DNA of 62,928 nucleotides, counting the filler, from Octopus bimaculoides (Eukaryota), in the NCBI RefSeq assembly GCF_001194135.2. It is 7 parts of 6 records of this genome, joined end to end, with 100 filler letters (N's around TTAATTAATTAA, not from the genome) between each part and the next. Parts side by side here need not be neighbours in the genome. Positions count along the whole stretch, not along the records: positions 48,444 to 57,692 come from NC_068985.1; positions 57,793 to 61,347 come from NC_068995.1; positions 61,448 to 62,928 come from NW_026302757.1; 4 more parts are not named here. One strand, 5' to 3'. This document shows positions 51,054 to 62,928 of this stretch, one piece after another; the stretch's first letter is position 1; each line of letters begins with the position of its first letter. Position numbers and translations under genes: made by a program. The notes beneath the pieces are model-generated. The model saw only the letters and a list, made by a program, of their open reading frames with translations, was not told the origin of the DNA and searched no databases.

Positions 51054-51255
51054 GAAGGCGGCGAGCTAGCAGAATCGTTAGCGCGCCGGGCGAAATGCTT
51101 GGCGGTATTTCGTCTGCCATTACGTTCTGAGTTCAAATTCGGATCACAATCATATTGTGGATTCAGTTTCTTGACCGAGCGGTGCGTTGTGTCCTTGAGC
51201 AAGGCACTTCATTTCATATCACTCCAGTTTATTCAGTTGAAAATGAATACCAACC
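51054..51255 (+). mobile_element. SINE with family C head joined to a CORE-like body
   Basis: AAGGCGGCGAGCTAGCAGAATCGTTAGCGCGCCGGGCGAAATGCTT..TTCTGAGTTCAAATTC, then GCGTTGTGTCCTTGAGCAAGGCACTTCATTTC. Confidence 0.7.
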
Positions 51256-52234
51256 GAGTTCTGACACACCTCATTCTCATTCTCTTTTTCCTTTCTTTCC
51301 TACTTTCTTTCTCCCTGTAGCTGTCATATCCTGAATGCACCGCCAGGTTAAATGATATGAGAGTCGAGAGGGTGTTAGTACCTGCTGGCTACTACACAGG
51401 TACCTAAGACAATTAGCGAGAGCACGATACATATTACCAAACCATACTCGTTTGCGGGTGACGGCTGCTCTTTACAAATTTACCCTAGTATTTTGCTGGT
51501 ACATATTTCTTCGGTTCAAACTGCTCTAATCTCATTGCGCCATCTCATGTCAATTTCATTTCACAGATACCTTGGACCGGCTCTTCGTCTCACTTATTCT
51601 TTCGGTTTTACTCATTCAGATTGCGATCAATTTAACATGTCTACAAACTTATCTTAATGATAAACAGTCTACTATAAATCTTTCACCTGAAAATCACCCG
51701 AATATGATCTATATGACATTGAAAACAAATTAGCTTGCTTGCAGATTATTAATAGCAATTGGAAATATACGCTATATATTTTTTTGAAATGTGTATTTGT
51801 ATCTTTGTAAACCTTGATTTAAAAGGGAACATTACCTTTTGTTACACATTGCCAGTAAACGAGTATGTATAATGAAGTTGGCACCTTTTCAGTTTGCCCG
51901 AACATTGAAAGTTCTATTGTATTTTTACTTTATTTTTATTTTTATTTCGCCTTTTGCCAACAATTTAAACTTTGCCAGCAATTGTGGACGTATACAAGTC
52001 CTTCTGTAAGTCAAAACATCAAACAGGCTGGAGATGAAAGCTCTATTCAACACCAAAGACAGTTTTTCAAATTGATATATATTTCAACAAAAAATTCATT
52101 TATATGTTAGGAATTTCAGTACATATTGTAAATATAATTTAGATTCTTTGCGAATAAAATACAAACGTGGATGAATTAGATTTTGCAGTGTCCACTGAAG
52201 CAAGTGGCGCCTTATACACAAGTGGTTGAAGGCT

Positions 52235-52400
52235 AAATTAGTTACTAGAATTTTAGGTGCTGGCACTTATTTTATTGACCCCGAAAGGATGAAAAGCAGA
52301 GTCGACCTCGGCGGAATTTGAACTCAGAAAAGTAAAGACAAGCGAAATGTCACTAAGTATTTTGCTGAGCGTACTAATGATCCTACCAGCTCACCGCTTT
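52235..52400 (-). mobile_element. SINE family C
   Basis: GACCCCGAAAGGATGAAAAGCAGAGTCGACCTCGGCGGAATTTGAACTCAGAA. Confidence 0.85.
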
Positions 52401-53818
52401 CTTTTGACAAGTAATATTAACAGATGATGCGTACGTGGAATAAAAATTTGAAAACTACTTTTGAAAATTAGGACAATTAATAGATATATCTATCTCCCTA
52501 CTGCTACCCCATTTTGTCTACAGTAATCATATAAAATTTTCCACTGCCTGCTTTGAAAAGCGTTGATTTGTAGGATATACAAAAGATCTCGTTGTGAGAT
52601 CTCGAAGGCGTCAACTACATGCCGAGAAATTGCAAGGCACTTATCGAGAATCGAAACAAGTGTTAACAACTAGGTTAGCTTGCAACTTCACACTGATGTG
52701 TGGCATATATATTATAAAAGTTTCTGATTTCAGCAAGAGGCCAACAATTTTGAGGAAAGTCGATGGCATCGTGCCTCATTACGTGACTTGCACATTATTT
52801 CATCAATCCCCTAAAAGATAAGACACAGCTGACCCACGGCGAGAATAAAAGCGGCAAAGCATTTTTCCGACGCACCAACTATTCTGCCAGCTCACCACCC
52901 CTCTCGCATGTCTTATGATAAAAACAACTTTTAGCGCTACAATAAAAAGAACTTTTAGTACAGGAAAATAGCGACTCAAATCTTTGTAAATAATAAAAAT
53001 ATGCATAATTAAAGAAAAAGATAACTACTTTGTCAATTTGGACATTACTAGACATTTACTAGACATTTAAATCCTACCATGGGAATATGAAAAAAATTAT
53101 GAATTCATATTGTTTCAACTTGAAAACATATATCAAAATGTCATAGAAAACTGTATAAAATGAAATTATATTCCCATTTCGATGCACAAAGAGGACTTTT
53201 ATTCTTATGAATTTTAGTCAGATACGAGCAGTATTAATTATAGTGCAATTATAAAATTAGTACACGATGATGAAAAATCAATATTGTTATATAAATACTC
53301 TGAGAGAGACGTAGTAGCCCAGATAGTAGGATATTATACACATAATTCTTTGCAATTTCTTATTCTCTGCTTTGATGTCCCTAAGTTTGAACCCCACCGG
53401 CGTTGGTATCTGCTTTAGTATTATCCTTACGGGATCAATGAAATACCAAGAAGATATTGGAATCAATTTAACCAGATAAATACTCACACCTTTTATTTTT
53501 CTAAGGAAAAGGAGTTGTACATAACCGTGAAAGTTTTTGAATTCCAATTAATTTTTCAAAACCAGTCATTTATATTTATAATAATTCTGTTAATTAGAAT
53601 CACATTATACATATCAACTATTCATTTCATTCCATTCAATGTTAAATCACATGAAAATCAATTATTCATTCAACCTTCTTCATATCTCAGCTTATAGTCT
53701 TAAGGGAACCTTACTAAAGCATCTCTTATTGGTGGATTTAGGTTCTGATTTGTATTTCTTGTTTTGATTAGTGTAGAGCAAGCTCAACAACGGATTAAAT
53801 TTTGTGATTTTCTTTCAG

Positions 53819-53898
53819 ATAAGCAACAGTAAACGAGACCTATGAGATAACTTTTATTATCTCTACAACGATATCGACCCAAATACAACGTCAGCATG
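53819..53898 (+). pseudogene. Candidate pseudo-exon (80 nt), duplicated at about 54604-54690
   Basis: Flanked by TTTTCTTTCAG and GTAAGT. It reads (D)KQQ*TRPMR*LLLSLQRYRPKYNVSM; the second copy reads (D)KQQEARLMRQLLLPLLRFQPEY in the same phase. Confidence 0.35.
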
Positions 53899-54049
53899 GT
53901 AAGTATTGGCAAAAATTTTACTCCGCTGAAACGTATGGAATTGTCTAATCTTACCTAACATCAAACATCACGCTCTACTACCTGGTCACATAGAAATTTT
54001 TAATGTAAATTAATTTTTAAAATGTTATTTAATTAATTTAAAGTCTATC

Positions 54050-54400
54050 TCGAACACGCTCTCATTAAACCGGACTCCAGGACTTATTATTTGTAAGCCT
54101 AGTACTTATTCTGCCGATCTTTTTTTACCGAACCGCTAAGTTACGGGGAAATAAACACACCAACATCGGTTGACTACAGTGGTCGAGATTTGAACTTGGG
54201 ATACAAAAAGCCGAAACAGATACTGTAAGGCGTCTTGCTCGACTTTCTAATAATTCTACCAAAAGACCACTCAGGACTGGTATTTTATTTATCGACCAGG
54301 AAAAGATGAAAAGCGAAATTTAACCTCAGCAGGATTTGAACTCAGAACGCAGAAATTCCAAACAAAATGTTACAGACTAATCTATCCAACGTTCTAACAA
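54050..54400 (-). mobile_element. Adjacent SINE family B and family C fragments
   Basis: GGACTTATTATTTGTAAGCCTAGTACTTATTC..GAACCGCTAAGTTACGGGG and GGATTTGAACTCAGAAC. Confidence 0.75.
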
Positions 54401-55339
54401 CTATACAACTCGTTCTCTTGATAATAACGTTGGGGTTCATTACATTAAGTTTATCATCCACTTAACTATTCATAATCAAATAGTCTAAAGAGACCCTCAC
54501 TAGAACCTCTCATGTTAACAGAATTAGGTTCTAATTTCTATTTATTGTTTTGAGTAATGTAGAGCAAGGTCAACAACTAACAAAATTTTGTGATATTCTT
54601 CCAGATAAGCAACAAGAAGCGAGACTTATGAGACAGCTTCTATTACCTTTACTACGATTTCAACCTGAATACATCAAAATCATAGTCTCACATTAAGTGG
54701 TATTCTTTATCGAAAATGGTTACATATCGTACTATTTAGCTTTATTCAATCGGGTGTTCCGTAATTTTGCCAAACCCATTGTATTGTGTTTGTATGCGTT
54801 TCTTTTAAGACTGAAAGAACAAGCTGAAGCATTTGTTGAATTGATGCAATGTTCTTGAGACACATCAAAGCAGTTTACCAACTCTTTTGTCTAGAATTCT
54901 GTTGAGATTTTACAGTTTGCCATGAATATCTATCCAAAAGTTTTAAATAGATCGTTTGTTACTGACGCATACAGCATACATTACTTCAAGGAAATTCAAC
55001 GGAGCAGCCTGCGCTGACAGCGAATACTCTTTGCTGGTGTAAGGGAGGTAGATATAAAACTTGATAAGAAGGTTAGTTTCTTGGAAATTTGGAAATATTT
55101 TTGCGCCAATAATATTGCATTTTGTTCCAGAACCAATAGTAAATTACAAATTCAATATAACGTATTCAGTTTTTAAAAAAAAGTCGTGTGGTCTGAGTCA
55201 AGTATTAAAAAAAGTTTATATACGCACATATATAAGTTTTCAATTTTCAAAATTGCATGCAGACATGCATTGGATGTTTCGTGAACATACAAGTAATGGC
55301 TTAGATCATGCTGTCTATAAAAGATGAAACGGAAACATC

Positions 55340-55568
55340 TATCAAGTTTGAATCTTTTACTTGTTTCAGTCATTTGACTGTGGCAATGCTACGGCACCGC
55401 CTTGAAGAATTTTTAGCCGAATGAATCGAACCCAGTGCTTAATTTTTTGCTAACCCTGGTACTTATTCTGTCGGACTCTTCTGCCGAACCGCTAGGCTAC
55501 AGATAAACACACCAACACGGGTTGTCAAACGGTAGTGGGAGACAGACACAAAGATGCGCGCGCGCACG

Positions 55569-55599
<31 letters not shown>

Positions 55600-55626
55600 G
55601 CATACACACACACATACATACATAAT

Positions 55627-55675
<49 letters not shown>
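55340..55675 (-). mobile_element. SINE family B, 3' half with internal (CA)n
   Basis: TTTTACTTGTTTCAGTCATTTGACTGTGGC..GAACCGCTAGG; the matching head fragment lies at 56120-56200 beyond a MITE and a gap. Confidence 0.8.
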
Positions 55676-55676
<1 letters not shown>

Positions 55677-55792
55677 GTTAATCAAATATATTCAATGAGA
55701 ATACAGTATACTGAATTTTGAATAAGTGCTCTTGGTAGGCAGATGTCTAAAGCCTTAAAGGTATTTAAACATTTAATAAGAGCGATTATATA

Positions 55793-55960
55793 TTATAAAG
55801 TAAGGGCCAGAAAATTTACATTAAAAAATCCTGACAGAAGATATACGTCTAAAATAATACTTTATATATTTATATATTTATCTATTAATACAATATTATT
55901 TTGGACGTGTATCTTCTATGATAATATTTTGATGTAAATTTTCCTGCCCTTACTTTATAA
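55793..55960. mobile_element. Small foldback MITE (~170 bp, ~70-bp TIR)
   Basis: TTATAAAGTAAGGGCCAGAAAATTTACAT..AGAAGATATACGTCTAAAATAATA is mirrored by TATTATTTTGGACGTGTATCTTCT..ATGTAAATTTTCCTGCCCTTACTTTATAA. Confidence 0.8.
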
Positions 55961-56663
55961 GAAATATATATATANNNNNNNNNNNNNNNNNNNNNNNNNN
56001 NNNNNNNNNNNNNNNNNNNNNNNNNNNNNNNNNNNNNNNNNNNNNNNNNNNNNNNNNNNNNNNNNNNNNNNNNNNNNNNNNNNNNNNNNNNNNNNNNNNN
56101 NNNNNNNNNNNNNNNNNNAAAGTGGAAAACACTTGCCCAAGGTGCCACGCAGTAGAACTGATTCCGTAACTATGTGGTTAGGAAGCAATCATCTTACCAC
56201 GTTATTATTGATGTCATGTATATTTCTATAGAAACTCTTAACATTTTTTTTTTTTAGATTTTCAAAGCAATGATGAAGGAAATTTTTTTTTTTGTTATAA
56301 TCGAGAAAGAGAATTGTGACGTTCCTGTTTTATAAATGTACTAATGGCTGTTTTTTTTTTCTTTCTTTTTTTTTCTTTCTTTCTTTCTTTATTTCCGTGA
56401 ATCCAAAATTGAGAAATAAAAAGTTGAGACGTCCATGTTTTCCCAAAGATGTTCTGAAATAATATGGTTCCAATCAGGAATCGAAACAGTGTCACAAATT
56501 CACCTCACCCTCTGCTTATCTGATGTTTTACAATGCTTACGTATAAAACGTATGAATAAATTTCAAATATAATGGTTGAGATGTTGATACGGTGACATCC
56601 TCGTAAGAGAGGATTAACGAACGTTTCGCCAATATTTAATAATCTTTAGTCTGTCATTTAAAT

Positions 56664-56857
56664 TAGTGCTCTGCAACTGGCATGCTGCGGCACACTGGTG
56701 TGTCACGAGACGATGCTAGGTGTGTGTTGCAGTGTCATCTGAATATAATTTTTTCCCAATATTTTTAGTTATATCTTTAGTTCAGGTGTGCCACCGAATT
56801 TTGAAAAGAATATAAGTGTGCCGCAGGTAAAAAAAAAAAAAAGGTTGCGGAACACTG
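56664..56857. mobile_element. hAT-superfamily MITE with 8-bp TSD
   Basis: ATTTAAAT|TAGTGCTCTGCAACT ... AGGTTGCGGAACACTG|ATTTAAAT: imperfect TIRs, a perfect 8-bp TSD (56656-56663 and 56858-56865), and internal GTGTGCCGC/GCGGCACAC motifs. Confidence 0.85.
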
Positions 56858-57483
56858 ATTTAAATTACACCAGTTCTGCAGTGGAATAGCTAGAGAGTGT
56901 ACCTTCCAGAGTAGGCCACGAGCCTGTTGTCCGTCATCGGGTCCCCAAACACATTACAGATTTATGCCCATATAGCGGACCCAAAAATGTCGCCCCATAA
57001 AAAGGGCGCTCGATACGAACCTCTTTCTCATCTCCTGCCCCTTCATTCCCCTCCCTGACTAGGCTATTGCAGTTGTAGAATCATGTGTTTTGAGTGTTTT
57101 TGCCAAGAGATCATTCTCTTGACTTGCTACAAATAGCAGTTAAATATTCTCATCGTCAAATTATGCCAGAAGCGTCTTAACAAAGAAGTCACGCAATCCA
57201 AGACATTTAAAGAAAGAAAAAGGTGCAGGATGATCATAAACGGAATGTCATTGATCATGTGTCTGCTGAGACAAGGTTAACCTAGGGTTAAATAATAATC
57301 TTAATGAAAACTAAACTAACCAGCATTGTAATACCATCAATGCTAACAGCCATCTGATGATTCCCAAGAGACACATTTATTTGATGAATCTAGGATCTAT
57401 TCAATTTGGCTGACGAGACCGAACTTTTTCCCTTCCTCTCCCCATGTCATTCATTCACTATGTATATACATAATATACACACG

Positions 57484-57526
<43 letters not shown>

Positions 57527-57643
57527 TGTGTATACTCGCAAGCACACGCACACACACACACACACACACTCTCTCTCACGCACACACACACACACACACT
57601 CTCTCTCTCACGCACGCACACACACACACACACACACTATCTT

Positions 57644-57690
<47 letters not shown>

Positions 57691-57798
57691 TTNNNNNNNN
57701 NNNNNNNNNNNNNNNNNNNNNNNNNNNNNNNNNNNNTTAATTAATTAANNNNNNNNNNNNNNNNNNNNNNNNNNNNNNNNNNNNNNNNNNNNATATAT

Positions 57799-58294
57799 AT
57801 TACATGGAAAAATGCGAGCATGAAAATTAATATTCTTAAGATTATAAACCTGGAAAAGTACAGAACAAGTTTTTACACCTGTAAAAGTATAGGACAAACT
57901 ATTACAAGTAAAGTAAAGAATAAGAAACTTTTTACTTAAAATATTGTAGCAAAGAATGCCAGTTCTTCTAATTTATCACCTCTTTACAGTTCTCATCTTT
58001 TTAATTTATTGTACAAAACTAATTTGTAAGTTTGTCTAATTAGTCACTTTTTTTTATGTATTATGTATTTACTAAGGTAGTAAATTAGCCAAATTATACT
58101 CAAATAAGTATAGTCTTATTTGTAAACTATAATAAAATATTTTTTAATATTCAAATTCTAATTTTAGCTGCAATATCTTAAGTAAAACATTTTTTCTTTA
58201 CTTTACTTTTCCATGTGTAATAACTTGTCCTGTACTTTTCCAGGTTTATAATCTTAAGAATATTACTTTTCATGCTCACATTTTTCCATATAAT
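57799..58294. mobile_element. Foldback MITE with >150-bp TIRs
   Basis: ATTACATGGAAAAATGCGAGCATGAAAATTAATATTCTTAAGATTATAAACCTGGAAAAGTACAG is mirrored at 58160-58294. Confidence 0.85.
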
Positions 58295-59909
58295 CCATGA
58301 TTTTTCCAGGCATTGCTGTTATAAGATTATTAATAATGTGTCAATTAATAATTTAGGATTTTACCTTATAAAATACTGGGTAGAGGTATACACTGGCTGC
58401 TATTTTTAGCGTGTCGAGCGACCAGGTAGAGGCTCTTTCATTGGTTTGATTGCGTGATGAGATTTTTTTACACGTATATGTATAATATACATATATATCA
58501 TCGGCAGAAGTTAGAGAGTAAGTCAAAACCTGGGAGTTTCGTATATTGGCATTTATCAAACACGAATTGTCACTCTATAACTTGTAACGAAATAACTTCT
58601 AAAATACAAAATTTTGTCAAAAACGTTAAGAGTAAACCCTGTTGTATGTGACACATTGTACCAGCATCGGAAGTTTCAAAGTGTTTAGTTAGAAAAAATT
58701 AATTAAATAATCTGTACGTCAAATTGAATAGATCCGAAATGGATAAAAAGCAAAGTCGACCTTGGCAGAATTTGAACTCAAAAACATAAACACAGGCGAA
58801 ATACCGTTAAGCATTAAACATTCATTCTAGCAATATTTTCTTTATTATTCTTATAGCTGAAGCGTTACTTCCTTACTCTCTTACTTACACGAAATTTAGT
58901 GGTATTCCACACCATAATTTTTCTTCTACTAATTTTTGTTCAATGCGACTGACGACTCTGCATTCCTCCTACATTTTTCTATCATTTAAGCCCAAGAAAA
59001 GTATACTTTTATTTTGAAATTAAAAAGACTTATGTTAATTGAAGATAAATATCTGCTTTACTGCTCCCGCTTGAGGTCACAGATATTTTGATGTAACTTT
59101 TTTCTACTGAACCAAATCTCAAACTATTTATGCCAAAGTGTAGCTGAGGAGGTGTCCTCTTTAAAACTGTTAACGGTTTGCAATTTAGTTGAGAACTGAA
59201 TTAGTGGTGAAGCTTGGAAGCTGCTGCGATTGACAAAATGGTGGACTTAAAAACATATTCATCTACTGCCGTGGTTGTATTATATATTTGTTTATAATTT
59301 CATTAAAACACTGAGCGAAGGGCGCGATGTATCCAGATATAGACATCAGATTGTAGTGTCATCTCTGTTGTATTCCATACCCTGTAGGCAAGGTTTTGGG
59401 GGGAGTCTAATCCAGCTTTATCTAATGGCAATAGTTATGATGACGACGATAAAAAGAGCAGCAGGAGGAGGAGAGATAATAATGCTGCTTTAGGACAATT
59501 GTGATGGTGGGATTGACGTTAATAGTTGACATTTTTATTTGTGTATTTATGTCTCACCCCAAGATATTTGCGTTGGTGGGAGGAACTGGTGGGCGGTGGG
59601 GAGGGAACGTGGAAGTTGGTTTATGCCACTGTGTCAAGATGAAACTGCGCAATCACTCGTCTGCTAGAAAAAGTTGCCAAATTATTGCCCCAGGCGACAC
59701 CTTTACAGTTTCAAAGGTTGCAAATAATAGTTCCAGGTATAATATGATTTCAAAAGACATATTCGGGTTCTTTTTACGATTTTGCTGCTTTTGATAAGTT
59801 TGTTTAATGAAGACTGGCCTAGGATAAAACAATAGAGTAATAAATGTTGCGAAATGAGAGCACTGGATTCACGAATGTGAAGAAGTACGCATGTGTATGT
59901 ATGTATGTA

Positions 59910-60345
59910 GTGAAGGCGCGTGGCTTATTGGTTAGGGCATTCGGCTCACGATAGTAAGGTCGTGAGTTCAATTTCAGGCGACGCGTTGTGGCCTTGAGCA
60001 AGACACTTTATTTCACGTTGCTCCAGTCCACTCAGCTGGCACTTCATCGCTTACGACGACGAAGGCTCCTAATTGATCCGATCAATGGAACTGCTTGCTT
60101 GTGAGATTAACATGCAAGTGGCTGAGCACACTGCAGACACACGTACCCCTTCATATACTTCTCAGGGAGATTCAGCGTGACACAATGTGACAAAGCTGGT
60201 TCCTTGAAATACAGGTACTATTCATTTTTGCCTGCTGAGTAGTCTGGAGCAACGTGAAATAAACTGTCTTGCTCAAGGACACAATGCGCCGCCGGGAATC
60301 GAACTCACGAGATAATACCTTAGCCACTAAGCCATACACCTTCAC
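59910..60345. mobile_element. Inverted pair of CORE-like SINEs (+ 59910-60040; - 60041-60345)
   Basis: The plus-strand head and core GTGAAGGCGCGTGGCTT..CCTTGAGCAAGACACTTTATTTCACGTTGCTCCAGTCCACTCAGCTGGC is directly followed by a full minus-strand copy of the same family. Confidence 0.85.
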
Positions 60346-61237
60346 AGCAGAATGAAGTAATGGTAAAAATGGAGTGTTGTTGGTAGATTTCCGCATTTAC
60401 TTTAATTTGCGATGAATGCGTGTTGATTTGTAGGTTTTATTTGGGGTTATTAAGGAAGCTCTGTCGTTACCTCCCCTTTTCTATGGACTTCTCTATGAAA
60501 TTGTAGGGCTTTCCAATTAATGTTTGTGTATCATTTATTTTGTATATTGTATTATAATGCATTGCAGTATGGTCTTATTGTTGTAAATGCATGATTAACG
60601 GATGAAAAAGTGTCGTGCTTGTTTGTCCAATATATTTGAATGTGTATAATCTGTTTGTGTGTGTGTAATATCCATAGACATACATCTAATGAATAAGTTT
60701 GTATATGCGTTTATGTGTAATCTTCCATAGATCTAAGCTTTCCAAATACAGTACCATATTGTGAAACTCGTATTCTTATCCTACAACAAACACACACGTG
60801 CTCTCTCTCACCTCTAACCTTTCCCCTCTTTCATCTCTCCACAGTTATGTGATCAGCGTCGGTATAGTGGACAAATTAACGCACTATTTCAGTTTAGTTC
60901 AAGGACCAATCGATACCAATAAATCGATATCGGACTTTTTACAACACAGCCTCGGATTACTTATATCTTTAACCAAATTCATAACGAAACGGTAAGTCTC
61001 CATTTCTTATTCTTGTATTTTGCCTTATTTCTCTTTCTTACCTCCTCTTCTTAATCCCTCTCGTTCTCTCACTCTGTCTGTCTCTTATCTTTCTATCTTT
61101 CTTCCACCTTTCATCGCCGACCGTGCATGTGCATGTTTATGGCTGTATTGCGTATATGTATCCTTCCACAGGCAGGCTACACTCCAACATGGTAAGTATA
61201 TATATATATATGTATATATATATGTGGGGGGTGGGTG

Positions 61238-61347
61238 TAGGCGCAGGAGTGGCTGTGTGGTAAGAAGCTTGCTTCCCAACCACATGATTCCGGGTTCAGT
61301 CCCACTGCGTGGTACCTTCGGTAAGTGTCTTCTGCTATATAGTCTCG
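61238..61347 (+). mobile_element. SINE family B head, cut by gap
   Basis: AGGCGCAGGAGTGGCTGTGTGGTAAGAAGCTTGCTTCCCAACCACATGATTCCGGGTTCAGTCCCACTGCG. Confidence 0.9.
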
Positions 61348-61449
61348 NNNNNNNNNNNNNNNNNNNNNNNNNNNNNNNNNNNNNNNNNNNNTTAATTAAT
61401 TAANNNNNNNNNNNNNNNNNNNNNNNNNNNNNNNNNNNNNNNNNNNNTT

Positions 61450-62928
<1,479 letters not shown>

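Noticed and set aside
4419-61403. Long ORFs rich in X, or in IY/HT/CV/LS/poly-L/poly-V repeats
   Set aside because: They are translations through N gaps and di- or trinucleotide microsatellites.

Overview
Repeat-dense, AT-rich eukaryotic DNA from a draft assembly with many N gaps and six 100-bp scaffold joins (N44-TTAATTAATTAA-N44). The SINE families and the C2H2 zinc-finger array point to an octopod cephalopod, probably Octopus; this is an inference from recognised repeat and ZNF style. The only well-supported protein-coding feature is a tandem C2H2 zinc-finger exon at 61450-62928, which runs off the window end with its start hidden in a gap. The rest is mostly mobile-element debris: about 20 tRNA-derived SINE copies in at least three families, R4/Dong-like (RT plus restriction-like endonuclease) LINE remnants, RTE LINE 3' ends, a Penelope GIY-YIG remnant, a decayed DD34D mariner, an internally deleted DD37D-like element, two non-autonomous Helitrons (one carrying telomere-like repeats), and hAT, piggyBac and foldback MITEs. 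The most interesting observations are a type I hammerhead-ribozyme fold with a competing inverted repeat (44640-44789), a LINE fragment inverted into a SINE (19588-19732), an inverted SINE pair, a CpG-depleted 20-kb block bounded by scaffold joins, a duplicated pseudo-exon, and an unidentified coding-like island at about 12.6-16 kb. Most entries in the supplied ORF track are artefacts of microsatellites and N gaps. I found no evidence for a novel multi-gene system. Coordinates of decayed repeats are approximate (about +/-20 bp), and all identities were judged by eye.
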